The position numbers and the translations under genes were made by a program. Under the pieces are notes generated by a model. The model was not told where the DNA came from. It saw only the letters and a program-made list of their open reading frames with translations, and did not search any database. A stretch of 64,000 nucleotides of DNA from Octopus vulgaris (Eukaryota). Shown piece by piece: positions 53,201 to 64,000 of the stretch (the stretch's first letter is position 1; each line of letters begins with the position of its first letter). The stretch is taken from positions 99,882,001 to 99,946,000 of the forward strand of contig OX597816.1 in NCBI GenBank assembly GCA_951406725.2, in the 5' to 3' direction.

Positions 53201-54249
53201 CAAATTACTATCAGTTGATATTATAATATCAAATAATCCTTCAGCAGTCAGAAGTGGAGGTGTCGTCTTTAAGTTTGGCAGACAACATCTCTAGAGCAGG
53301 TGATACAGAATTCATTACACTCTAGTTGCAAAGAATACAGAAAATAAAATGGAGACATGCATTCCACAAGCTATAGCAAACACAACTTATCTAGGAAAGC
53401 ACTAACTCTGAAGCAAAAAAAATGATATAGTGTATGAACTATTTATCATGACAGACAATCTCACTAATGCTGGTGTTGTGATACAATTCACTTATCACAT
53501 ACTATGAAATGCTTGAAGTATTAGGGTAGCATCTATGGAGAAAACATGATAAAAAAAAATGCCAAATGCATGACCTTACACAACAAGGATTTTCTCTATT
53601 GCTATATATATATGCAGTGTATCTTTTAAGTTAGGGCTCCACCTAGATTATCATCATCTAATCTGCCTCCAATATTATGGTTAAGCAACTGCTATACTCA
53701 TTTGTATTCCTAGTTATGATATACAGAACAAATGTAGGAGAAATTGCAATAAGCACAAGTTTATATTATTTGTTCCCACAAATGTTTCACCACTGTGGTT
53801 CTTTGGAACTCTGCATTGGATATTCCAAATGCAGTTGGATGCTTAACTACAACAGATGATTCAAGAACACTGCATCACATTACAGAGAACCAAATGATGT
53901 ACATAAGAACAAATGATATGCACTTGTTTCTTGTAACTTTTGAAATAATTAATCATATTTGATTATTGTTATTAAATTTGACAAAAAAAGAGATAAAATT
54001 TTTCCTAAAACAATTTTTGTTTTGTTTATTGAGTAATGACAGTCAACATAAATTGTACAACTTAAAGATTTGGGCTCAAATAATGAGACATTTGAGTGTG
54101 TCCAAAGCTTGAATCTTATTGTACATGCTTTTAGGTGTAGAGTTGAGATATCTATTTGCTGAGAGATTGTGTGTTCAAATATGCTGCAGTTTTTTTCCTT
54201 TTGACAGAGCATTCTAGTTTGTAATGCCTTCATTCACCTAGCTGTCATA

Positions 54250-54780
54250 AATTATTATTATTATTATGGCTGGGTTCCAATCTGAGCCACTGCAACAAAG
54301 TTCATCTGCAATTCTTCTCAGTCTATCATCACTACCTCAAGGTCCTGGATACATTCCAGGCCAGTGTCTGCAATCAAGTTGTTGATGTACAAGTGACAAC
54401 ATTTTCCTCTTCTTACATCACCATGAAGTGGGTTTCACAAGACTAATTTGGATGCTCCCAGCACAGGGTGGTGCATGCAGTGGTCAGATAGGTGGTTGGG
54501 TGAGCAGTTCAGAAGCAGACATCAAGATCAGGAAGGTACAAGCATGGACAACCTGTCACAAACTAAAGAAGGTCTGGAACTCCAAAGTGCCCAGTCAAAT
54601 CAAAATCAAGCTGTTCTTTGCAACTGTTGAATCAGTACTATTATATTGCAGTGAAACGTGGACACTGACACAAAAATTATCAAACAGGCTAAGTAGAAAC
54701 AACACAAGGGTGCTACAAATGGCCCTAAATGTGAAATGGCAGCTATATACGACAAACAAGTGCCTTTAATGAAACTTATC
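54250..54780. mobile_element. RTE-type LINE 3' fragment with an internal inversion
   Basis: 54250-54488 on minus encodes the ORF end (DHCMHHP..SKLVL*..RRG..YINNLIADTG) plus a (TAA)n tail. 54490-54770 on plus encodes the preceding segment (SSEADIKIRK..ATVESVLLYCSETW). Confidence 0.75.
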
Positions 54781-55257
54781 ACAAATAGGGTTCAATTTAT
54801 TCATTAATGTTGATTGTTAATTGTATTAGGTTAGCATTCTATCTTGTGAAGCATTTTTATTTTCAAATGTTTTTCACTAGAAACCCATGAATTAAGTGCC
54901 AACCAGTATAAAAAGCATAGGTCGAAAGACATTTACATTTTAAATCACATGTACTTTTATGTGACATACACTACCATACAGTGTTTTCTTGCATATATTA
55001 GAATATAGAAATCAGAGTGTGCTGGCTCTTGAGAAATTTCTGTGTTGATCGTATGGCATCCTCAAATGGTGCAGAATAGATGTAACTTCTCAAACTTTTT
55101 AAAAAATAAATCTCAATGCAGAAGATGGGGTTGAGAGAGGAAGTTGTAGGTATGTATTTCATTTACCCAGATGAGATACAAAACAAACTTTAGCTAAATA
55201 AGATTTGCATTCACAGTACTAGGAAATTATCCACATAAAGAAAACTGTCAACAGGGA

Positions 55258-55650
55258 CAGGCATGACTGTGTGATGAGAAGTTTGCTTCCTACTGCAAGG
55301 CACCTTGGGCAAATGCCTTCTACTATAGCCCCAGGCTGACCAAACTTTTGAATGAATTTAGTTGATGGAAACTGAAAGAAACCCATTGTGTGTGTGCATG
55401 CGTGCACACATGTATGTGTGTGTGTGTCTTAGTCTTTGTGTTTGTCCCTACACCACCACTCGACAACCGGTGTCAGCTTGTTTTTGCTCCTGTAACTAAG
55501 TTTGACTAAAGAGACTGATAGAATAAATATCAGACTCAGAAAAAAGGGAGATTGAGTACTGGGGCCGATTTGTTTGACTAAAGCCTTTCAAGACAAAGCC
55601 CCAGCATGGTTACAGCTCAATGACTGAAATAAGTAAATGATAAAAGAGAA
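55258..55650 (+). mobile_element. Near full-length tRNA-derived SINE (head fragments also at ~38860-38990 and ~56195-56340)
   Basis: ggcaccttgggcaaatgccttctactatagcc...gatggaaactgaaagaaaccc, internal (TG)n, tail ccagcatggttacagctcaatgactgaaataag. Confidence 0.8.
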
Positions 55651-56371
55651 AAATGATATGCCATGCAGTTTAATTTACTTTTCAAAGACTAGCAAATATG
55701 ACAGAGGCAACAGTTAAATGTAATTCTTGTAACAGCAAGACCAAAACTACAGAAGATCTCAGTTGGTCATTTTACTTCAAATAACAGTTTAGTAACAGTA
55801 ATCACAGAAAACATACTATAGAAAGTTGGAAGTATATTTCATTACATATCACCTGTTTTCTTTTATAAGATTATTTTATAGAGTAAAATAATTAGGTGTG
55901 TTGAACTAAGTCATTTCTACAATTAGCTGTAATTAAATCATGACTGAATGAAGTGTCAGTAAACTGGAAAATAAAGGAAATATGAATCACAAAGATTGTA
56001 TAATTAATAGCAGGCCATTGTTCAGCTAGTTTACTTCTAATTACTGACATAGGAACTTTGTTGATACAGTGTAATGAGAAGTTTAGATAGATATGGTTTT
56101 ATTGCAATTGTTTTTGTTAATATTAATAAGAAACTTCCAGAGGCCATGTAAGTAATTATTGGTATTTTAAATAGAAATACAATGATATATGCATAGACGT
56201 AATCATGTTGTTAAGAAATTTGCTTCACAACTATATGAGCCCAGCTTTGATTTCACTGCACAACACCCTAGGCAAGTATCTTCTAGTATGGGCTTGGGTT
56301 GGTCAATGCCTTTGGAGTATACAGAAGCCTATTGAGTATATTTGAGTACATGCACACACACACACACACAC

Positions 56372-57590
56372 ACAGTGCAAGGGGCATTTGAGAACATATT
56401 TGGTAATTTAGTAAAACAACTCTAATCTCACAAAACCAATTCTAATAAAAATTTGTGCTCATGTTTTTGATAAGCTTTTTTATAAGGTTATTTTCTGACT
56501 TCACCTTCAGCTTTAATGACTGCTTCAATGTGAGACTGGAATCATTGACATGCTTGCATTAAATTGTCTTTCTTCATTTCTGGTATCACCTAGACAATGT
56601 CAGCTTTCAGTGAAGCTGTGGTGTTGTGAGGATGTCAATTAGTCTTTCAACAACATTCTAAACATAATAGTCCATGGTATTTAAATATGGCAAGTTTGGA
56701 GGCCAAGCTTGGTGTTACATGATTGTAAAGATTATCTGATATTCATCTTAGGCTATGTATATTTTGTGAGAAAGGGTTGAGTCATGTTGAAGTATGCTTG
56801 ACCTTCTACTGTGTACTTCAGCCATCCAGGACTTAGCTGTCTTTAGCACTTCAACATAGCCATCAGTATTTATTTTAAAGTCTTATGGAAAGATGTGAGA
56901 TAGCATGACATGACCTTCATTATTCTCTATTCCTAAAACCCTCAGTTACTGGAAACTTAATATGCATCACTCTGGGGGCATCAGAGGGACCTGCTTATGA
57001 CCATCTATCACTTTTCCTGTAAAACTTTCAGTCTTGGTTGAAGGTTTTCCAATTAGAAGAACTGAAACATGTCATATTCATGAAGGATTTTAACCTTGTG
57101 AAATAACTGCTTGGCATGGTTCAGACAGTTTTCCTGTGTCTTTACAGAAATGAATTGGCATCTTCTCTGTACATAGGACTTATATTGAATGTCCTTATGT
57201 GAGAGTCCAATTTGACATCTGAAGTTCTTTGGCTATGGCTCTCATTGAGTTTCCAGAATCATCATTGATAATGATTTTGAACCTTTTGGATGAATTGCTG
57301 TGTTCTTATAATGTCTGAATATTTAGAATGTTTTTTCTCTTTGATGCATTTGGAACATTCTGCCCAGAAGCTTCTTATTCCATCTGAACTTTGTGTACAA
57401 AAGATTTTATAACATTTAGAAAGTTGGCAATTTCTAAAGTGTTGTGTTCTATGCATTGCATGTCTTCTCACTTCTTGTGCAAGCATTTTATCTGCCATGG
57501 AAGATTTAAGAGAAATAAAAACCTTTTAACTGGCTTCAGGAGAGTAACTCACTAATAATTCACTGTCTTCAAATACTTCTTGAAACCTGT
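56372..57590 (-). mobile_element. Decayed Tc1/mariner-superfamily transposon (maT-like)
   Basis: Minus strand WPPNLPYLNTMDYYV, INTDGYVEVLKT, MSHVMLSHIFHK-like segments; many stops. Confidence 0.7.
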
Positions 57591-57618
57591 GTGTATGTAT
57601 ATATGGATGTATTGATGT

Positions 57619-58355
57619 ATCACTTTTAAGTTTATCTCTATAGATTTTCTATAGAGTTCAAAATTAGCATTGCAAATTACCACATTTCATAAATAAATAT
57701 GTCTATGGAAACAATGTGGCCAAAGATGTACAATAAAATGGGGTTTGAGTGTGTATGTATATTTCAAGAGTTATTGCTCTTTCATCTGCACCACATCCAA
57801 CCCATTAACTATTCTTGAATACATTGCTTAATTACTCACTAAGTTTAGCAGTGTAGCACAATTAGATAGACCAATTTGCATATTAAATACCATTCTAACA
57901 AGTGGCACATGCACATTAATTGCTGGCAAGGATACAACCATAATTTACTACCAAGTATATTACAAGTTAATGTTGTGTCTTACCCTGTATTAGCAGTACA
58001 ATATCCTCACTTTTAAATTTATCTCTATAGATTTTCTATTGAGTTCATGGATAGTTCATGGCTTCGATGTGGTGCTGATAAAAGAGCAATAACTCTTGTA
58101 ATATGTATATACACCCATTATTAAATGTTACAATCTTCGATTTCATTGTCTATATAGATGTGTTCATTTATGAAATGACATAACTTACAGTACTGACTCT
58201 GAATTCTATAGAAAATCTATAGCGATAAACTTTAAAATGAGGATATTGCACTGCTAACACAAGGTAAGAGACAGTATTGACTTTTAAGCCTGTAATATAC
58301 TAGATAGTATATTATGGTTGCAAAACGAAATACTGTGTGCTTGCCGGCAATTTAT
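57619..58355. repeat. Nested direct and inverted repeat structure (Penelope pseudo-LTR-like) with two hammerhead-like cores
   Basis: A 40-bp block at 57621 is repeated directly at 58008 and inverted at 58200. 57660-57815 is mirrored by 58045-58200, and 57915-58010 by 58240-58355. Confidence 0.8.
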
Positions 58356-59230
58356 GTGTGTGTGTGTGTGTGTATTTATGTATGAATAAAGTGTGTGTCT
58401 AACAAAATGTACTTCATAGAATTATGTCACTTTATGCCAAAGGTGGATTTATTCATGAATAAATAGATATAAATAGATATTATAAAATGAAATGCCTGAC
58501 TATGTAGAAAACCCCTTGAAGGTACTGCCTCAGTATAATTGTAGACCAAAGACTGAAACCAGTGAAAGCATAAAAGAATATAATTCCACAAAAACGTTCA
58601 CATAAATGCAAATGAATGATACTGACTAAACTGTAACAAAGACATCAGTCATTGTTTGTATTTGGCTGTGTGAAAGAAAAACACCTTTGTAATAACACAA
58701 AATCATAAATTGACAGGGAGGGTTATAGTTAGTTACAGTACAACCAATTCATGAATGGTACTGTTTTATAAAGTTTACGAAAAGCAAAGTCAAACCTTGA
58801 TGATATGAATTCTCAAAGTGATGAAACTACAAATATTGCAAGTTTATTTGTATGATGCTCTACTCTTACAAACATTCCACCATTTTTGAAATGTTAAGAA
58901 AATCTTGCATACTGCGCTATGAATACTATTTTATAAAATGAATTAATGCCATATGTTTATATGGCAGTATATTATCTTATAAATGGAAAGAATGATCCTA
59001 TATTAAAAAAACAGAGGAAAGTGGAAATGTGGCGTTCATAATTTTTGCAAAAGTGTTATTCATGTAAGTGAGGTGAACTGGCTTTGACTAAGAAGTGAAA
59101 AAAGTGCCCCAGAATTGACATAGATTGCATTTTTGCCATTAAATGAAATTGTAACTATGTTTAAATATTGTAAAAAATATGAAATATGTAGTAATGTATA
59201 GTAGTACACTCTAATGTAGTACAAAACTGT

Positions 59231-59532
59231 TCCAACCACTTCAAATTATCACTATATAATTTACATGTGTTGAAATCAAGGAAGTAGACTCATAGAAATT
59301 CAGAAAATAATTAAGATAGTTTTGGATTGATCAATTACTGGATTAGTTTGATAACTTTTCTTTCATCAGCAAGACATACTGGGTGAGATAAATGAAATAT
59401 TTATACAGACTCACAGAAAAGCACATGCAAAACTGTGATGATGCATTAATATCCCAAATATATATATGCATCGAATTTCACAGTCCACCACAACACGTGT
59501 AAATTATATAGTGATAATTTGAAGCAGTTGGA
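59231..59532. repeat. Element bounded by 42-bp inverted repeats
   Basis: tccaaccacttcaaattatcactatataatttacatgtgttg and caacacgtgtaaattatatagtgataatttgaagcagttgga. Confidence 0.8.
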
Positions 59533-60530
59533 TAGATTTTGCATCTATCTTCAGCAAATAGGCACTGAACCCTTTTGTACCCTTAATTATAATTGTACTT
59601 TATACTATTATAAATCTTTATATATATATATATAAATCAACAATAGTGTTCAATGAGATCCATGATGGTAGAATTTGAGCAGTATAAAGTTCCAATGGTA
59701 ATCTGGGTGGAGTGGTGGTAAATTAGTTCAGGAGAGATGGCAGAAGTCCAAGAAGAAGGTAGGAAAGAAAATGAGAGTACAAGAGAGGATTTCAGTTAGG
59801 CAAGATTAAACTGGATTGACCACATGAGTGGGCAACTTTTAATCCAGACGTCTTTTTTTTTTGTCCCTCCATTTTTACCTTCTCTCCATCTGTTTTCCCT
59901 TCTCATTCCTTTCTTTAGAAGAGTGTAAGCTTGAAATATCAAAGACTCCTTCCATTTTTCTTAAGCATCAAAATAATGCATCTTGTTTTTGTACTCTCAC
60001 TTGTCTCAGTCTATTGTTTTTTGTATAATTTTGAATCATATATATACACATACACATATTGAAGTTATGAGAGGTAATGGTGTCAAGAAGATCCAAAGGT
60101 GTCAGGTAATGCTGAGTAAGTGCTATGGACAGACTATAGCTAAGCTCCAGGTTCGGTGATTATGCGAATGAGGAGTCCAACGTAGGTCATATATCAGCAT
60201 GCGTATCGATAAAAATCTTTCGCAGCCTTGGATTTTTATTTCATTCTGTTAAATTTATATATACAGTATATATATATCATGTGCAAACAGTATGCTGAAT
60301 GCATTTTTACCGATGGACAAGAAGCCAAAACCAAGATGCTGAACAGACGCAATGCTGAATGGACATAAAGCCAAATGGACACAATTAAAAAAAAATACAT
60401 TCCTACATATGCTTAATATATACCTATTGTTTTAAGGGAATTTCATTCTCTAACAATATTAAGTATCGAACCAGTATTTCTCTGGATGTAATCATCCCTT
60501 CATGAGTTTAATATATTCTCTAATTAAATT

Positions 60531-60562
<32 letters not shown>

Positions 60563-60576
60563 CAAACACACACATA

Positions 60577-61793
60577 CAGTGTGTGATGGGTAAATTGTCA
60601 CCATTAGATATTTTTTATTTCATGCAGTGTTTGTTTTTGATTTTGTCAACTACACAGCATAGTAGGGTCAGTTGGACACTGTAAGAAAAACACCACTATG
60701 ACACAATTCACTCTGCCAGTAATTTAGAAACAACATCTTGTACTGCTTGGCATTTGTACTGGAAGCTCCAATACGAGGATTTCAGAGTGTTTGGGTGTCA
60801 ATTTGAGGACAGTACAGAGGATTCGGAAAGTGCTAGATGAGTCTAATGGTGATTATGAAGGTACGGCAACTCGGAAAACTCACTCTAATCATTCTGATAA
60901 GAAAAGAACTACTGAATTTGCTGGTGAGATCCAGGTTATGATTGAAAACGATCCTTCCAAGTCAATCAGGTCCATTGCCAGGGACATGAGAGTGACTGAG
61001 TTTATCAAGCAGGTAGTGCATGAAGACATTCAGTATTTCTCATAGAAGATGAGAAGGGGCCAATTTTTATCCTAAGCTATCGAGGACAAGAGGAAAGACT
61101 GTGCTACAAAGTTTTTGAACAAACTCAAGCATCTCTTCCAACTGAACATGCATTGGTTTTTCTCAGACGAGAAAAATTTCTGTCAGGATCAGAACAACTG
61201 TTGGCTTGCTGTGTTCCCAAATCATGTACCAAAAGTGATAAAAATCAAACATCCAGTCAACATCATGGTGTTTGGAGTGATCACTATTGATGTTATTTCT
61301 CCATTCATCTTCCCACACGGCCTCAGATTCAACACAGAGGCCTACATCAAGTGCCTGGAGGAGGTAGTGCTGCCCTGGGTTAAGAGGGTGACTGCTGGAA
61401 GACCCTATGTCTAGCAACTGGACTCTGCATCATGCCACACAAGCAGGAGAACCCAGTCATGGCTGTCAGACAAGTTCTGTAACCACATCACCCCTAACTT
61501 TTGGCTACCTAACTCCCCAGTCTGCAAACCCCTTTATTATGTGTAGGGTGCAGTTGAGCAAGGAAGGCAAGGATTAGGGCAGCATTCACCAACTTAAACA
61601 AGAAAACTGTCCAGAAGAGTTGCAGGAGATTCCAAAGTCGTCTGGAAGCTGTGGTTGAAGTCAATGGTGATATTAGTGAATAAATTTACTTTTTAGTATT
61701 TCAAAATATTTCTATGTAATTTTGGTAAAATGAGATGTCAATGTTATTTTCATTTTTGGGTAATTTAGACAACAATTTATTCACCGCACCCTG
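60577..61793 (+). mobile_element. Near-complete DD37D (maT) Tc1/mariner transposon, pseudogenised
   Basis: TA-flanked imperfect TIRs cagtgtgtgatgggtaaattgt and acaatttattcaccgcaccctg. Catalytic motifs FFSDEKNF and QLDSA, with 37 residues to the mutated third D in WLPNSPVCKPL(D>Y)Y. Confidence 0.9.
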
Positions 61794-61808
61794 TATATAC
61801 ATATTTGT

Positions 61809-61864
<56 letters not shown>

Positions 61865-61937
61865 ATGCACGTGCACATGTGTGTCTGTGTGTGTATGCAT
61901 GTGCACATGTGTGTGTGTGTGTGTGTGTGTGTTCATG

Positions 61938-62260
61938 TATCATCATCATCATCATAAATTAACCCATACTAGCATTGGATGGATGATTGGGAGGAACAGG
62001 TGAGCCAGAGGACTGCACTAAGTCCTACTGTCTGCTTTGACAAGGCTTCTGTAGTTGGATGCCCTTCCTAATGCTAACCACTTGACAGTGTGCATCAGCA
62101 TCGGTGAGATCACTAGGGGAAGTTGTATTGAGAGAAATGGATTTGTGCCCATTTATGACAGAGGGACAGAAACAAGTATCTTGCTGTAAAGAAAATACAT
62201 GGTTACCCCAGTCAAAGGAGAGAGAAAGCGAGAAGATATGTATGTGTGTGTGTGTCTGCT
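61938..62260 (-). mobile_element. Degenerate RTE 3' UTR fragment
   Basis: (CAT)n, ccatactagcattgg, ttggatgcccttcctaatgctaaccac. Confidence 0.7.
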
Positions 62261-63005
62261 GCTCTCTTGAGCTTACATTTGTGGCACAAGGCCTTCTTAA
62301 CAGGGCATGTCCAAATACTACTTTGCTGCGTATCTAGCTGTCAGCCCTTCTCAGGCCTAGGGTAGTAGTACTCTTGATAGGTATTACCATCAAGGACCAG
62401 AGTAGCCCTAAAGGTAGTGGTAACGAAGAGGAAATATTATGCTCACCAAAAATTCATCTACTCTCAAGTTGGAGCCTTACCATCAGAAGCAGTTTAATAT
62501 CTTACCCAGAACAGCAACAACAACAACAACACGTGCATGCATGGGGAAGTTATTAAAGTAAAATTTTATCACAAATATTGTAGGAAAATATCTTAATAAC
62601 CATTTCAAATCTCAACTAAAGTTATAAGGATGCTGATCATATCTAAAATGCATTTGTTTATAAGTTCCTTGAAGCTTTCCATGATGTGTATTATATGGCA
62701 CATCAGCCATCAAACATATACAAGCTAAAATAGACTTTGGTTACTGGAAGTAAGTGAGAAACAATAATATTCAACAGGTAGGTAAAATCTAAAGGTTATG
62801 GAAATTTTTACTAAGAAATTTTGACTCAAAAGAAGCTAATATATAAATAGAAATATGTAGCTGAATGCTATGCAGATAGAGCAAAAAAGCTTTTCATTTT
62901 ATAAATAAGTGTCTAAAATATAAAAAACTATATGTTGTAAATAGTTTTATGAAATAAAGATAGAATGCTGAAAGGTGACAGTTTGAGATATGGTCATATT
63001 TTTTT

Positions 63006-63046
<41 letters not shown>

Positions 63047-63627
63047 CGTGTGTGTGTGTGTGTGTGTGTGTGTATTGTGCAGCAAAATGAAAGAGTACAA
63101 ATGTAGTGTGAATAAGTACCATGTTCTATCACGTGTGTGATGTTTATATGCTTAGGCTTGAAGTAGGTGTTAGCTTAAATCGTAAAAGCACAAATTATTT
63201 TCAGTATCTCAGAGTTAACTAACTGATCTGTTTCTTTTAAAATGTTTATTAGAGTTCTATGCATCTAGTATTTATTGGAGGTAGGAACATTGCCAAAGTT
63301 CTGTTAATGGTTTTAGTGATCAGTTCAAGAATAATCACTAATTATATTCATTGTTGTTAAATTATAACTAGCTGAAAGTTATGACAGAAGCTTATGAGTC
63401 ACGTAATTTGTGTTTAATAATAGAACATATCCTTAGCAAATACATAAAGTAAACTATTGATGATTATATGAATACTTATATTTTGTAGCAATTTTTTGAT
63501 TAACTAAGTATATTATTTATTGTTTTTATAAAATATATAATATATATTTTGAAATATTGAGTATCTTTTCTCCCTGCATGAAAGAAGAAATACTATGGTT
63601 TTTTAAACTATTAAGATATATATACAT

Positions 63628-64000
63628 ATCATCATCATCATCTTCATCATTTAACGTCCGATTTCCATGCTACCATGGGTTGGACGATTTGACTGAGGTC
63701 TGGTGAACCAGATGGCTGCACCAGACTCCAATCTGATCTGGCAGAGTTTCTACAGCTGGATGTCCTTCCTAACACCAACCACTCCAAGAGTGTAGTGGGT
63801 GCTTTTACATGCCACTGGCATGAGGGCTAGTCAGGCAGTACTGGCAACGGCCATGCTCAAATGGTGCTTTTTATGTGCCACCTGCACAGGAGCCAGTCCA
63901 GCAGCACTGGCACCGACCTCGCTTGAATGCTTGTTTTCACGTGCCACCAGCACAAGTGCTAGTAAGGCGACGCAGGTAACGATCAGGCTTGAATGGTGTT
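63628..64000 (-). mobile_element. RTE 3' UTR with hairpin array, running off the window edge
   Basis: Near-identical to 49237-49540. Confidence 0.9.

Noticed and set aside
60125-60180. HDV-like ribozyme suggested by gcgaatgaggag
   Set aside because: I could not build the required nested pseudoknot pairings by eye.
60791-61414. Active or domesticated transposase
   Set aside because: In-frame stops, deletions and a mutated third catalytic aspartate.

Overview
This is an AT-rich, microsatellite-dense animal genomic window. The repeat repertoire suggests a coleoid cephalopod, most likely Octopus (inference; no database check). Almost all ORFs in the supplied track are microsatellite translations or transposon debris. 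One convincing host exon is absent from the ORF track: 31676-31807 (+) carries the start codon and N-terminus MGNKFCGPLLKKNYRHESYPWNIRKDSHLL of a Still life type-1 (Tiam-family Rac GEF) orthologue, with two upstream ATGs. I found no following exon, so the downstream ~32 kb is probably intron. The rest is nested mobile DNA: RTE LINEs (with a PHD finger inside the RT and hairpin arrays in the 3' UTR), CR1-like LINEs, Penelope-like fragments, a decayed Gypsy pol, mariner and DD37D transposons, Helentron-type and piggyBac-type non-autonomous elements, and tRNA-derived SINEs. The most unusual signal is a recurring set of non-coding fold-back elements carrying minimal, mostly degenerate hammerhead-ribozyme cores. 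One of them is a head-to-head tRNA-like / microsatellite / hammerhead palindrome inserted with an 11-bp duplication. Coordinates of decayed repeats are approximate and were read by eye.
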